In this document: in pieces, positions 50,654 to 62,390 of the stretch
Numbering within the stretch: position 1 is the stretch's first letter
Layout of the letters: each line of letters begins with the position of its first letter
Made by a program: the position numbers and the translations under genes
Source of the DNA: Raillietiella orientalis
Taxonomy: Eukaryota
NCBI GenBank assembly: GCA_036172245.1
Contig: JAYWIR010000004.1
Span: 4,464,001-4,528,000, forward strand
Length of the DNA: 64,000 bases
Direction: 5' to 3'
Notes under the pieces: generated by a model
What the model saw: only the letters and a program-made list of their open reading frames with translations
Databases searched by the model: none
What the model was told of the DNA's origin: nothing

Positions 50654-53600
50654 CTTATAAACCCAGTGCTCTCTGACCACGGTATTCTACCGTTTTTATT
50701 TTTATCAAAATTATCCACCATTTTGGATTAATACAAAAACCGCTGCTGGAATGGCTCTGGAGAATCTTTCACGACTGATGTTTCCTCCGTGTTCTTTACA
50801 GTTCCTCGGTGCTCTCTTCCGGGTTGAGAACATGGTGCATTTTTTCTTCTTACATGTGTTGCATAGATGCTACTTGAGAAGAGGATGCACCATCCGCTGT
50901 CGTAGCCTGATCAGCTTCTTTTTCGGAATTCCTAGGTATTGCAGAACGTTGTCGTTTTCAGGATCCCATGCTCCAAGTAAGCCGACGATGATCACCTGCA
51001 CTTTGGTTATTTTCCCAGTGTTTCCGAGTTGCATGGCGACATCATGGTATCTGGCCTCCTTTATTTTCCTAGATGTGGTGAACGCCCCCTTTTTGTTTTC
51101 AAATTTGCAGGAGATGTGCAGTACACCTATTCGATCGCTTTTCTCTAAAAGCAGGTCTGGTTTTAGGGTGGAGGTGGTTCCTGGGACTCTGCGATTACTT
51201 GATACCAGAGTCCACTTGGCTTCATCGATTGCGGCGTTCTCGACAATTTCCAGGATAGCATCATGGCGTTGCACGAGCTTTTTACATCTGTTGAGCACGT
51301 GTGATAAAGTCTCGTCCTCGGTTCTGCAGAGCCGACATATTCTTTCATGAACCCTCTTTGTTGGTCCCGCGTTTAGTGGCAGAAGGTTCAGTCTTGCCGC
51401 ATGGATGAACCTGTAGTCTTGGTATCTTAGATGGATTCCGTTTGTCTGGAAGAATCTTGAAGAGTGATGCATGACCTTCCACACACTGCATGGCCTTCCT
51501 TTGAATAACGTGGTTTTCAATAAGGGATTGCCATGCGTGTTCTCGCTGCAATGCTCTTACTCCGGAGGCTCTTGCACTGCTGGTGAAGAGTATTCCGTCC
51601 ACCGTGATACTGGGTTCTTGTTGCCGAAACTCCCAGCGGACTTTTATTCGTCCAGAGGCCTTCCTTCCTTCCAACCAGAGGCTCTCTATATCCCTGCTGG
51701 GCTTTGCGATCTTCTTGCCCGACATGAATTCCCTGAGATTTTCATCTGTCGTGGCTTCTTGGATCCGTGTTTGGACAATTTCATCCAGGGTTGTTATTGC
51801 AATTTTGCTTACTGCTTTGTCTGCCGACATAAGCGGTTTGAAGCAGCTGTCCACGATGGAGATATCGGACTCTTCAGCTAGCTTCATTAGTCCTAGGTAG
51901 CCTTTCGTTCTCTCTCCGTACAGATACTCGTTAGCTGCCCAGGATGGTAGGTGAAGGGCCTTCTTTAACTTCCTTACTTGCTCGTCGACATACTGCCATT
52001 CCTCTTTCCGATGAGTTCCCAGCCTCTCGAAATGAACTAGGCTGAGATAGAAGAAGGTTTTCATTGCGTCCATTTTCTGCCATCCTGAGCGTTCACTCTC
52101 AAGTATGGCACTCGCTTTCTGGCAGATGTCTTCCTTAGTCGGCTGTATGTTGAAGACCCTCATACCGAAGGGTTTTCCCAAGTATTTGTATGCCTGTGAT
52201 AAGTCAATACAAGCTATTTTCTCTTCCTCAATCCAGATGTCCACATCCTTTATGCCTTTGGGGGTTCGGCCGCTGTAGCATATCGAGACGCATTTTGCCG
52301 GGTTGATGGATAGGCCGGCTTGGTCGACTAACCTCTGGAAATGCGCCATTATTTACTGGACTTTCTTTTCGTCCTTCTCCAGTATGAAGATGTCGTTGGC
52401 ATACGCTAATTTGCCTCGTCCCTGTAGTTTTGCCTCATCGAGCGCAGAATCGGCCCAATCGATATGATAAAAAGGAGTGAGCTTAAGGGACATCCCTGCT
52501 TCACTCCGCGCCGCACGGAGAAGGTCCTGGTTTCGGTGTTTTCCAGTTGAATGAAGGTGGAACTTCCTGTATATATCTCTTGAACGATATTTATTATTTG
52601 TTTCTCAGCTCCTACTTCTTTCAGTGTTCCATGATAGTGTAATGGGAGGCTGTGCCGAAGGCATTCGCGAAGTCGATAAATACCACGCAGAAGTCCTTCG
52701 ACAAAAGACGTGCAGCATCCAGTATTGTTTGTAGGATGAAGTTTTGTTCAAGCACTCCATCAAAGGACAGGAGGCCCTTCTGTTAAGTGCCGATAACTTC
52801 ATTCTCCAGAATCTATGTTCTGAATCGGGAGGCCAAGCATTTGGCATACAGCCTGTAGGCACTGTTGCCAATGGATATTGGCCTCCAGCTGGAGATGTCA
52901 TCTGCTGCTGTGCGTACCGTTCTGGTACACTTCCACTCTTCTGGAATCCGATGAAACCTTTTTAAAATATTGAAAATTATTGTGAGCATTACGGCTTCTG
53001 GATCAATGCTCTTCCACCCGGCGTACGTGATTCCATGTTCTCCGGGGGATGAGTTCTCCTCATTGCGCAGTATCGCCTCTACCTCCTCTTGGGTGAATGG
53101 AGATAGGTCTACAGAGGATGCTGCTTGGGTTCTTCCCAGCGGTATCTTCTTAGGAAACTCTTTATCAGATTCCTGTTACATTTCAATTTCATTTCGAAAA
53201 TGCCTTTCAACTTTCTCAACTTCTAGCTTACAGGTCGCGTCCTGCTGGCCTAAAATTGCTCTAACTGCTCTTCTTCTATTGACGTTATAAAGCTTTCAGA
53301 TTAACGATCGGTTGTTTGGGTCAATCCTTGGTTTCTTCCTGCCTCTCCTCTCTGTTTTTACTTTAAGTATCTCCTGGACTTTGAGTTTCAAGACCTTTTG
53401 ATATATCAGAAGGAAGTCCTTTCAGCGAGGACTTTCTTATTCCAGGATCCTCTGGAGATAGCTTCGCTCCTCTACGAACTGGAGGCGTAGTTCGCCCTCC
53501 GTGTCCACTTTCCTTTTCTGCCTTTCGGTTTCCATATCTTCCATATGGCTTGCGTTTTACTCGTTCCTTCTGTAGGTTTTTCATGAGCAACTGTGGCTGA

Positions 53601-54340
53601 AGGAGGATGGTCTAGGAGGAGAGAAGAATCACACCATACTTTGTAATCAATATGAGCGGGTTGCAATTGCTCCTTTTCGGTGTTTTCATCCATCTGATCT
53701 TTAATCAGAGGGCCTATAAATGCTTCCAAGCTGCCAAACAGTCCCCCCTCATCTCCTTATTTCAAAAGGGGCATCTCGGGTAATCTCACCGAGGTATCAT
53801 CCTCTTGTTTCTTTGCTTCGTCAGCAATCTTTTTCTGGTTTTGTTCTCCAAGTGTATCAGAGGCAGAAGCTTCCATCTGCACCATGTTTATTTCTGCTAA
53901 CAGGTTGCTGCCTCCCAGCTCGTTCATGCCAGATCCAATGGCTTAGCAGGCCCTTTCTCGTTGAAAAGACCATGCCGCACTCCGGTCTGGCACAGACAAA
54001 CCTCGTGGGCACTCGTACCGTTACCACGGGGGCAGGCGAGCAGAGTTCTCTATCGCAAACATGGTGCGAAGGTCTTGTTAAAAGTATCTCAGCACTACAT
54101 CTCCTACATTGTATTTCACTGATACATATTCCACTCTATGCGAGCTCAAAATATGCTTCTTCATTTTTTGTACCTGGAGTCTAACCAGTGCTGCCCTGGA
54201 TATGTAGTCACAACCTGCGACGCCACAGGCTATTGTAGGAACCCATGAATAAAGGAAGGTGACCGCGAGTGTTTGCGGATCTCAGTCTACTTTTTCCACG
54301 ATTTCCACGTCCTCTTCTCTTTCTTCCATTTACTTCAGGT
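50654..54340 (-). mobile_element. NeSL/Utopia-like (R2 superfamily, RLE) non-LTR retrotransposon, near full length, inactivated
   Basis: N-terminal Zn fingers (CARPECGMVFSTRKGLLSHWIWH). RT motifs SSPGEHGITY, WRPISI, GVKQGCPLS, LAYAND (D>N), YKYLG. Then CRLC..ETLSHVLNRC, RHD, KPDL, KEARY, IIVGLLGAW. Frameshifts and stops present. Confidence 0.9.
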
Positions 54341-54343
54341 GGT

Positions 54344-54696
54344 TGTGGTAACCCTGGGAAACTTATTCAGATGAATGGTAACTTCGGGATGGACAGAGGG
54401 GCACGTTGCCAACCTGCCCGGATATATTGCTTCTACAACTTTGGCAGTGTCCTAGCAATATCTTCCAGATTCTTCTTTCTAGCAGTATAAATAGGCACCT
54501 TGAAGAACCGACTGTATGCACTCCCCTGCCGCGGCTTGGAGAGCGAATACAGTGCATACGAGACGCGATCACGGCGCTTGAGTGCTTTGTGCCTATTTAT
54601 ATTTTATAATCCATTTGTTTATTTAATAAATCCTATCCACTAAGAAGTGACAGTGCAGTGCAACTGAGGACAATCACCAGCAGCAGCGACACCACA
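54344..54696 (+). mobile_element. Candidate short LTR (353 bp)
   Basis: TGTGGT...ACCACA termini, TATAAAT at ~54487, AATAAA at ~54625, followed by (G)TGG. No partner LTR or TSD seen. Confidence 0.35.
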
Positions 54697-54699
54697 GTG

Positions 54700-55331
54700 G
54701 AGGACTTGCATCCGACAATTTACCCGTCTGCCGCAAGGATGCAAGGGGAGTTGGAGGACAGGCCGAGGTCACCCCAGCCGATGGAGGTTGCGTCCTGAGA
54801 ATGTGAGGGGTCGCCGCGTGTCGCCTACGCCACGGCGCTGACATCGCAGCCTACAACCTCCCAAGTAGCAAGGAGCTCGAAGGCCGCGACGCCATCTTGT
54901 TCGGCTGCAATGACGCGGCCATTTTCTTACGCGGCGGTGGCAGCCGGAGATTCCAACGCTCCACCACGAACATTTGGAAAGCTGGAAGTCGGCAAAATAG
55001 AGAAGTGGATGAGCCGATCGTGCGGATCAGTCTGAATGTGAAGCCGATCACATTCAAAACAGGACTCATCAGGATAAATAATATCAAAGAGGTGTATTTG
55101 GCCTCTATAAAGAGAATGTAGACTTTGACCACGTACAAGCGATCATACTGAGCACAACGGGGTTCACAGTCTACACGGACAGTGAACTTCTCATCGAGGT
55201 CCTGATCGAAAAGGGCATAAATATCCAAGGGCTTATCCAGAAGGAGATCGGCATAAGAAACTGTGGAAGAGTACAGACCTGAGAAGGATTGAGGACAACG
55301 TCTAGACATAAACGACGCCCAGTTCCCCAAA
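54700..55331 (+). mobile_element. L1/Tx1-like ORF1 N-terminal fragment
   Basis: IKENVDFDHVQAIILSTTGFTVYTDSELLIEVLIEKGINIQG is homologous to KKNVDLEKHHVTVPYASGFIIHTDCEQPADVLMKQELNLN at 59666+. Confidence 0.55.
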
Positions 55332-56232
55332 TGTAGTGAACCTCAGTGATAATGCCAGGAGACATAAGTGAAATAATTGGAGAAAACGAATGCATGAATA
55401 CCTAGAGTAAATGATCAAAGAAAATAAATTCACCCACCCCTTGCGAGACCTGGGGAAACGAGTGCATACGCCCGCGTCAGAGGCTTTGTGGTTAAGGCTT
55501 CCGCGCGTGGCACCATGCGTCGCGGGTTCGAATACTCCGGCAGAAACTGACGCCACTGCGCCGTTGGGTGCCGAGTTTCTTCTGCAATGGTGCTGGTTGG
55601 CCTAATCATTCGGGCGGTGGATTAAGCTGGAGATCCCCGATGAAGGCCGGAACAATGCGAGTTGACCTTCGGATCTTTCCAGGAATAAAGGAGTGGGGAG
55701 TTCCCCCTCCTGTCGTGCAACAGAGAGCAGATCCCCCAGCCGGGGGACCCCTAAGGTTTCAAGATGGAGCAGGAGCCCTCATGGGCACCTCTCCAGTTGT
55801 TCAAAGAAGCGGACCTCCCTCCCTGTTGTAGAGGGGACCCTCCGAGTCGTCGCTTCTCCACAAGAGTGCAAGGAAGCAAGCGAGAGCGATTCCCTGCGGG
55901 AAGCTGCAGCGCCCCTTCTGAGTTTCGGAAGCGTCCCCTCGGGGTTCTCCTCAGAGGAGGGAACCTTGAGGGTTCCCTCCGGAGAAGAAATTCCTACTAG
56001 TGGATCCTTTCCGGGTTCCCTTTGGAGAAGTTGAAATGGAGAGGACAGATCCCTCTCCATTAGGGGGGTCTCCCTCCGGAGAGAATGAGGAAGGAGATTC
56101 CCTCCAGGGTTCCCCTTCGGAGACAACCAGGTATTCTTCCCTCCCAAGCGTGAGAGGAACCGACTCCGAGCCTTTTCTGGATTCATAGGGCGGACTCCCG
56201 TCCCGGGGTGCCCCCTGTCCTGAAGAATTACA
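55332..56232 (-). mobile_element. LTR family X copy 3 (probable complete ~900-bp LTR)
   Basis: Minus strand begins TGTAAT (56232) and ends ACTACA (55332); colinear with 23437-24221. No matching TSD. Confidence 0.65.
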
Positions 56233-56240
56233 CTGAAGAA

Positions 56241-56341
56241 TTCCACCTCGTCATGGAAGAAGTTTTCACTACCAAAGACTGAGGTGAGAAGTTGACGTTT
56301 GCCTTCAGGCCTTCCTCCTTTTGTAGCAGTAAACAGCTGTG
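56241..56341. repeat. ~100-bp direct repeat, right copy
   Basis: Matches 50552-50653. Confidence 0.9.
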
Positions 56342-56899
56342 TAGGTATAGATAATTTCTGAGACCCACCGCCACGTTTCTCAACAGGAAACCATATATTT
56401 CCGAGTCTCAGAGCACAACATGAATTCAAGTTCATTCCAGCCATTTCGACGTCTCCAAGAAGGTATACAGATTCAGTGCCATGGATCCTGATTTTGCTTT
56501 CAGTGCTTCGAATTCCAGTTCGGTTCCTCACTTAGCTTTGCACCCTTTTCGGCCAGAGCACTGATTTACAAAGAAAATGAGCATACAGTACAGAGGAGTT
56601 TCCAGCAAAAAATCTTCGAAGTCTTTCCCATGGAGAGAGAGGTCCTTGTGCAGTCTGAACATGAGTAAGGGTAAAGAAAACGAAGAGGAGGAGGAACGGC
56701 AAAATAAATGAAAATAGACAAATAAACAAAGAGAGAATGCCGAAGAACTGAAAGCATTCTAAGATCATCCTAATCCCCAAATCGGCTTTAGAGTTGGAAA
56801 GGAGCTACCAAGTGGAAACCAGCGCCAGTTAATGATTGAATTTATCGCCTCTATGCAAAATGATTCTTTAGAAGACTTAGAGAATGGCTCACTGGCAGC

Positions 56900-58330
56900 T
56901 CACTCGTCTAGATCATAGTGGGAGGGATTCCTACAGCATTCCCCTCCAAATGAGGCCTGGAACATAATTTCATTCTGAGAAGCTTGCTCTTCGTCTTTAG
57001 AAGATCCTCACAGGGCCTATATGCATTGCATTCATAGATCTAGAAAATGCATCTGGAACGTCTCGCATGAACCGTTGCACCGACTCCGAAGGAAAGTGGA
57101 GTGGTAGACATTTCCGAAAAACATCTCCAAGGACCTATATAAAGATGCATCCACGTTTGTGCGAGCGGATTCGCAAGCCCACTAGGGACATTCAGATTCG
57201 TCGAAGGATAAAGCAGGTGTGTTCAGCCTTACGCTATTCAAGATGGCAATACGGAGTTAACTCTATTCTGGCAAGTGCAGATGATCTGGTGTTGGTTTTT
57301 CACCCGGATAAGCCGGAGCTTTTATTATTAAAATTTTACAATAAACTACATAATAAAGTCTGGTCTTTTTTGTAGTGTTTTCAGTCAGAACATGGTTCTG
57401 ACTGTCTTGTTGCACTTGTGCTTACCGACCCGCAGGCCGGTGAGGTCCTCTACACGGACGAAGGGGACGGGAAAACCAGAAAAAAAGAACAAAAAACAAA
57501 AACACAGGAGGGGATAAAGTTTTATGGGGAGAAGAGGGAAGAGAAGGGATCATGGTACGCCACTAGAGGACCTCTGCATCCGCTTTTGGATGCAGACAAG
57601 TGTCGGCAAATGTTTTCTCAGACGTCGCCATCGGCAAGCCCTCTCCATGGAGATGACTGCCTAATGAATCGCATCCCGGCTTTGGTGTCCTCTCCTCGAA
57701 TTAGTCCAATTCTCCAGGATTCCGCGTATGCAGCAAAGAACTTCAACAGACGAGGCTGCTGGCAGGGCGTCCCGCATCAGGAGACGATGGAAAATGTCTT
57801 TTGGATCGCCCACCGGAATGTTCAGAATCGACGAGAGTCGATCCTACATTGGGCGGAGGGCGACACACTCGATTAGGAAGTGGGGGAAGGTTTCCCATTC
57901 CACGCACCTAGCACAATTGGCATCTACACTCCCTGATGTCCAGTGAGAGAGGTGTGCTCTGCAAAGGAGTTCCCAATGCAGCACTAGCAACGCCGTCTCT
58001 GGTGTTGGTAGCAGAGTCCGAGGAAGGATTTCGCAGGTGCCTTCATCTGCTCGTGCTTTCTGTCAAGAAGCGGAGCTTTTTTCGGTCAATCGCCGCCAAT
58101 GCGCACCCATGCACTTCGGAGCCATGAAACCAAGAGGGATGAGGAAACCTACATTCCAGGTCGAACATACCGGCATCGGGAGCTGGAGAGGTCTACGCAT
58201 ACTTGGGCAAGCCATTCGTCTCGGGAATATTCACAAAGCGGACGCGACAGTGGATTGTGGGTTCCCTCCATTCCCTTATTCCAAAGCACCCGGGTCAAAA
58301 GAAGACCAGGGCCAGCGTCAAACTTCGAAA
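56900..58330 (+). mobile_element. Second NeSL/R2-type RT remnant, split by L1/Tx1 copy C
   Basis: ICIAFIDLENASG, IRRRIKQVCS, ILASADDLVLV|AESEEG, KPRGM..LGKPF (cf. TPKGI..YLGKPF in the 51-kb element). Confidence 0.7.
57297..57997 (-). mobile_element. 5'-truncated L1/Tx1-like copy C
   Basis: ANCARCVEWETFPHFLIECVALRP; terminal hairpin module at 57297-57326. Exact 12-bp TSD tctggtgttggt at 57285-57296 and 57998-58009. Confidence 0.88.
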
Positions 58331-59349
58331 TACCTGCTCTTCAAGGACCAACAACTTTTCTTTGCAGCTTTCTCCACGTGGTGTCTCTATCTTTTACCTG
58401 TACAATGGTTCGTTGCTCACCGTGGAAGGCACCGATCCATTGTGCAGGTGAGGAGAATAAAAACAATCTCTGGGGCACATCCTCAAAGAATGCATCTATA
58501 ACCAGAACAGGATCTCGGAGAGGTATAACGGGTAGGTGACCCAACCACGAGGGCTACCCTGAAACAGTGGGGGCTGGTTGACGGGAAGGCATTCGAATCT
58601 GGAGTCAGTTGCAGTGCTCCAGGCAAAGGGTCACACAAGGCGCTGGACGAGGAAATACAGAAGGATTAAGTATCGATGACTGGATCGACACTTGACCTCT
58701 AAAATAGACTCTCATTGTAAGGATCCGAGAAATGGTAAGAATTGGGACAATGAAAACTTCTCAGCCAGCAGGAGGAGCACAGAAGAAAGGCAATGGTGTT
58801 TCAGGTTGGCCCTCGAAAGGAGACGTCCATTAAAAACATTGGGTGGCCATCCGTAAAGGAAGTTCCACAAATCGAATCTTTCGAATCCGTTGTCCGGTAG
58901 GAACGCATTCGAAGTTGAAGACAGATGCAGTGCTCCAGGAATAAGGACCACACTGGATGCCAAGCAGGGAATCTGTGATTTTTCTTATTATGCGCCTATC
59001 CAAAGCTAGATGATCGCTGCATGTTGTGTTGTGTCCAAGATTTAAGTTTTCTTTATTCGGCTAGAGATTTCTACTGTTTCTTTCTACCTATTTTTTCCCA
59101 AGACTACTCATCCACTGTTCCCTCCCTTTTGTTCCTGTCCACGGTCATGGTCGACTTTCTCTAATGAACTTGTAGCTAACAGGAACCAAGTTACTGCTAT
59201 GTATGTTTATTGTGAATAGAGCTTCGGGGTGAAAGGGTTGTTTTTTTTAGGTTGGGAGACTTAGTTCGCGTGGACTATTGCAGTGCTACTAACTTCAACG
59301 TTCTCTGCGAGTATGTAAAAATCTTCTCTTTACCTTCCCATTATCTCAG

Positions 59350-61350
59350 CACATCCGGTTGACAGTGTCCGCGAGTGAGGAGGCCTCTGGAAGCAGTGGA
59401 CAATGGTGCACTGAGACAGGGACACCCCAGTGCCTCAATGGAGGTATTCTCAGTGGATTGCCAAGGTAATCGCATGCGTAACAGCAGCGACAGGAGGAGA
59501 TGCCTATACGGCGGTGGAATCATCATAAAGGGTCGTATGAGGCGGTAGCAGCCGATGATCAACCTCACAATTTGGCAAACAGAAAGCATGGGCGAGCCAA
59601 TTTTGAACATGGACCCGGATAGCAACATTTAATACGGATGCAACGTCAAAGATATCCAGATCGAGTTGTTGAAAAAGAATGTGGATCTCGAAAAACACCA
59701 TGTCACTGTGCCATATGCGAGCGGATTCATAATCCACACAGATTGCGAGCAGCCGGCGGACGTGTTGATGAAACAAGAACTCAACCTAAACAGGCATGTG
59801 CTGCGCGCAGTTGAAGAAACTTCCACCACAACGGTATTCCTGAATGGAATAAGCTGCCATGCCCGTTGTATGGGAATTTTCCTCGTGGTACCGGGGAATC
59901 GAGCGTATGGAATTCCGAAACCACACGGGAACGATCATCCCTTGCAAGGGAATTGAGAAAATAAAGCTAAATGAAGAAGCGTAGATTCCTGGAGTGGCTG
60001 ACATCGATGCCCACTTCCAGGAGGTACTAATACAATGCGCATAGCAGCTTATGTTCTGTATCGGCCACAGGTTCGGAGCCTGTCTCAGGACGAGGTGCTA
60101 CCGATGTGATCAGTGTGCCCGCAACTGCAGCGGTGTTGCTTCTGCAGGTTGTCCACTCACACGGAAAGGGAAGGGAGGAAGTATGTCAAGTGGCCTGCTC
60201 CACAGAAAATGCCTTCCCGCCCCTCAAAGGAGTGTGTATCGGAAGAGGGAAGGGGAAGGGAAGGGGCCGACGCTCCATGTGTGCTATTGAAAAACTTTTG
60301 TCGCTTGGGGAAGGAAGGTGGAGTGGAGATGAAGCTGATGGAATAGGCAATAGAGCTCATGGGACGTTAGGTAGCTATGAGATGCCACGGGAAAATGGAA
60401 CGAGTGGTCATATGTTTCTCACAGAGATATGCCAATTTGATACATGGCTCCAGAGGCATGATGGCGGTCTTCGTGGCAAAGAGATGCCAGTATACAAACA
60501 TCGATGCTACGTCGCCAGTGGAGCTGATCAACATCAATCGGCCAACAGTCGTTTCCAGGAGCGAGGGTCTCTGAGATATAGAACTGGATCTAATGATTCC
60601 CTCTTTCCTGTTCCTTCCGTGAACAATAGAACAGTGGATTCTGTGAAGACCAGAATTAAGGATTCGTGACTGCGACCAGTTCTTCACGAGTGGATGCTAC
60701 CACGAAATTCGGCTGCTCCAATGCATTGGTACCTTAAGAGAAAAGTGGCCCACGAAACCAAAGAAAGACAGAGGAAATGGAAGGCTCCAGGTTTGGGAAG
60801 TTAACTGGAAGGACTGCATCCGGAGACAAGGAATGGAGAAAGCAGCTATTCTTAGAGTAAGTAAGTCTTCAGGACAAAGTAAGCGGGCTTCAGAGAGATT
60901 GGCAAGGTGATCTAGAAGATAGACTTGGTACTAAGAACAAAAGATAACCTCCTGCTGCTTTAACATGGGGGTCTCTCTTGAGGTACCAAACTCTAACGGG
61001 GTGCGAAGCGTGCAGAGATCAAGAAATCCAACTCTAGATCTTCACCTGTCACACCTTGATTCACGACTGGATGTGATGCGACAATGACAGACCTGCAGGA
61101 CAAGATGCAGGGGAAACCTAAGAGGTATCTTAAAGAATATCTCTTCCGAGAAGATGGAGTAGTTCCTGTTAGCCTTATGGTAGGAACGACCCGAGACTCT
61201 TCCATCATAAGCATCGTGATAAGAAGGTGGAACTGCTCCATGGAAAGGATGTGGTAGCAGCTGAAACCTTATAAGAATTGCTGAAAAAAGAAATTGGATT
61301 TTGCAGGTGTGTAAAGACACTGAGTACATCCTGGAGAGATCGCAAGAGGT
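59350..61350 (+). mobile_element. Old L1/Tx1-like element: ORF1 with CCHC knuckles and decayed APE / RT N-terminus
   Basis: TTVFLNGI and C.IGHRFGAC..RCYRC knuckles; then remnants MFLTE, HGSRG.MAVFV, LINI, a G.WKLN-like motif at ~60790 and an APGxDG-like motif at ~61230. Confidence 0.55.
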
Positions 61351-61944
61351 CAGAGGAATGCATGATTCTGCTGCCTTGCCTGCCTGAGTGAAGCGATCGA
61401 GAAGTGACCAGTGTCGGACCGGTGAACTGGGGTGTAACCTACCGTGTGCCGAGGAAACAAGGAAAATGCACTGAGGTTGGTGTTGCTTTGTAAACCCATT
61501 TTCTTTAAACAAATTCATACCAGCAATTCACAGAAAGTGAGCTCGCTCTGTTTGCATTACCCCTTAGCCCAGAAAAAATGTTCCGGGAGCAGCTCATTGT
61601 AACCCTGAAAAGACTCCTCCAGTTCCGAAGAATCGCTCTTATGGCCTGGATCCCTCCAACCTTGATTCCCCTCGTACTCAACCTGAGAACGGTTTCTTTA
61701 CAGAACTTCTCGTGAGGAAGTATTAAAGGAGGATCCTGAGGGCATCCTTCGAGCGCATAATGCCATCTCTATACGTGTCCTCAATATGGAAGGAACATCA
61801 CATTCCCCTAACAAGTGCGGAAAAGATCCAACCACTGAACTTGGCATAGTTCGAGGGACACTCCCCTTCTTCCAGTAGCTCTGTAGAGCTAAAACAAAAA
61901 AGAGCGATAAGGAGAGCAGAGAAAGCTCCAGCACCACCACGACG

Positions 61945-62390
61945 TTACCACCCGGATACGCCGGGATGTTTATTCAAACTCTTCATATGGTCATGACAAT
62001 ACGTAGTGTAAGGCCCCACTAATGGCTAACATTTAGCAGGACCTGCTGGAACGACAGTACACAGACCAGCGTGTCTCCTCGGCAGTGGAGGGAGATGGGA
62101 AAAAAAAAAAAAGAGTCTGAAGGGCCAGGAAGGGATCACTGACCACTGAAAGGAGGGTCATCAGCGGCCAGACGCCGAAGTGGCAAGTCTCCTGTCGGAT
62201 CGCAGGCAGGGAGAAGAAGATAAGAGGTTGGACTATGAAAGAACTGGCGGATGCCACGACCCCGTGTGTCCTTCTGCGAGGAATTTTAAGATGGGGCGAG
62301 CTGCTGGGCATCCAGACGGATGACCTGAAGTGGTCCCCAGTGCTAAACGGATCCAGGATTCTCCCCCAGGGGATCCAGGACGAGGGGGAG
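61945..62390 (-). mobile_element. L1/Tx1-like copy D with inverted 5' segment
   Basis: 61945-62160 is a minus-strand 3'UTR with the hairpin module, homologous to 62391-62630. 62165-62390 is a plus-strand ORF2 piece (KWQVSCRIAG..WTMKELADATT..GILRWGELLG). Confidence 0.8.

Noticed and set aside
60377..60574. NLIHGSRG as a PIF1/Helitron helicase motif
   Set aside because: Context fits a decayed APE endonuclease following a CCHC ORF1.
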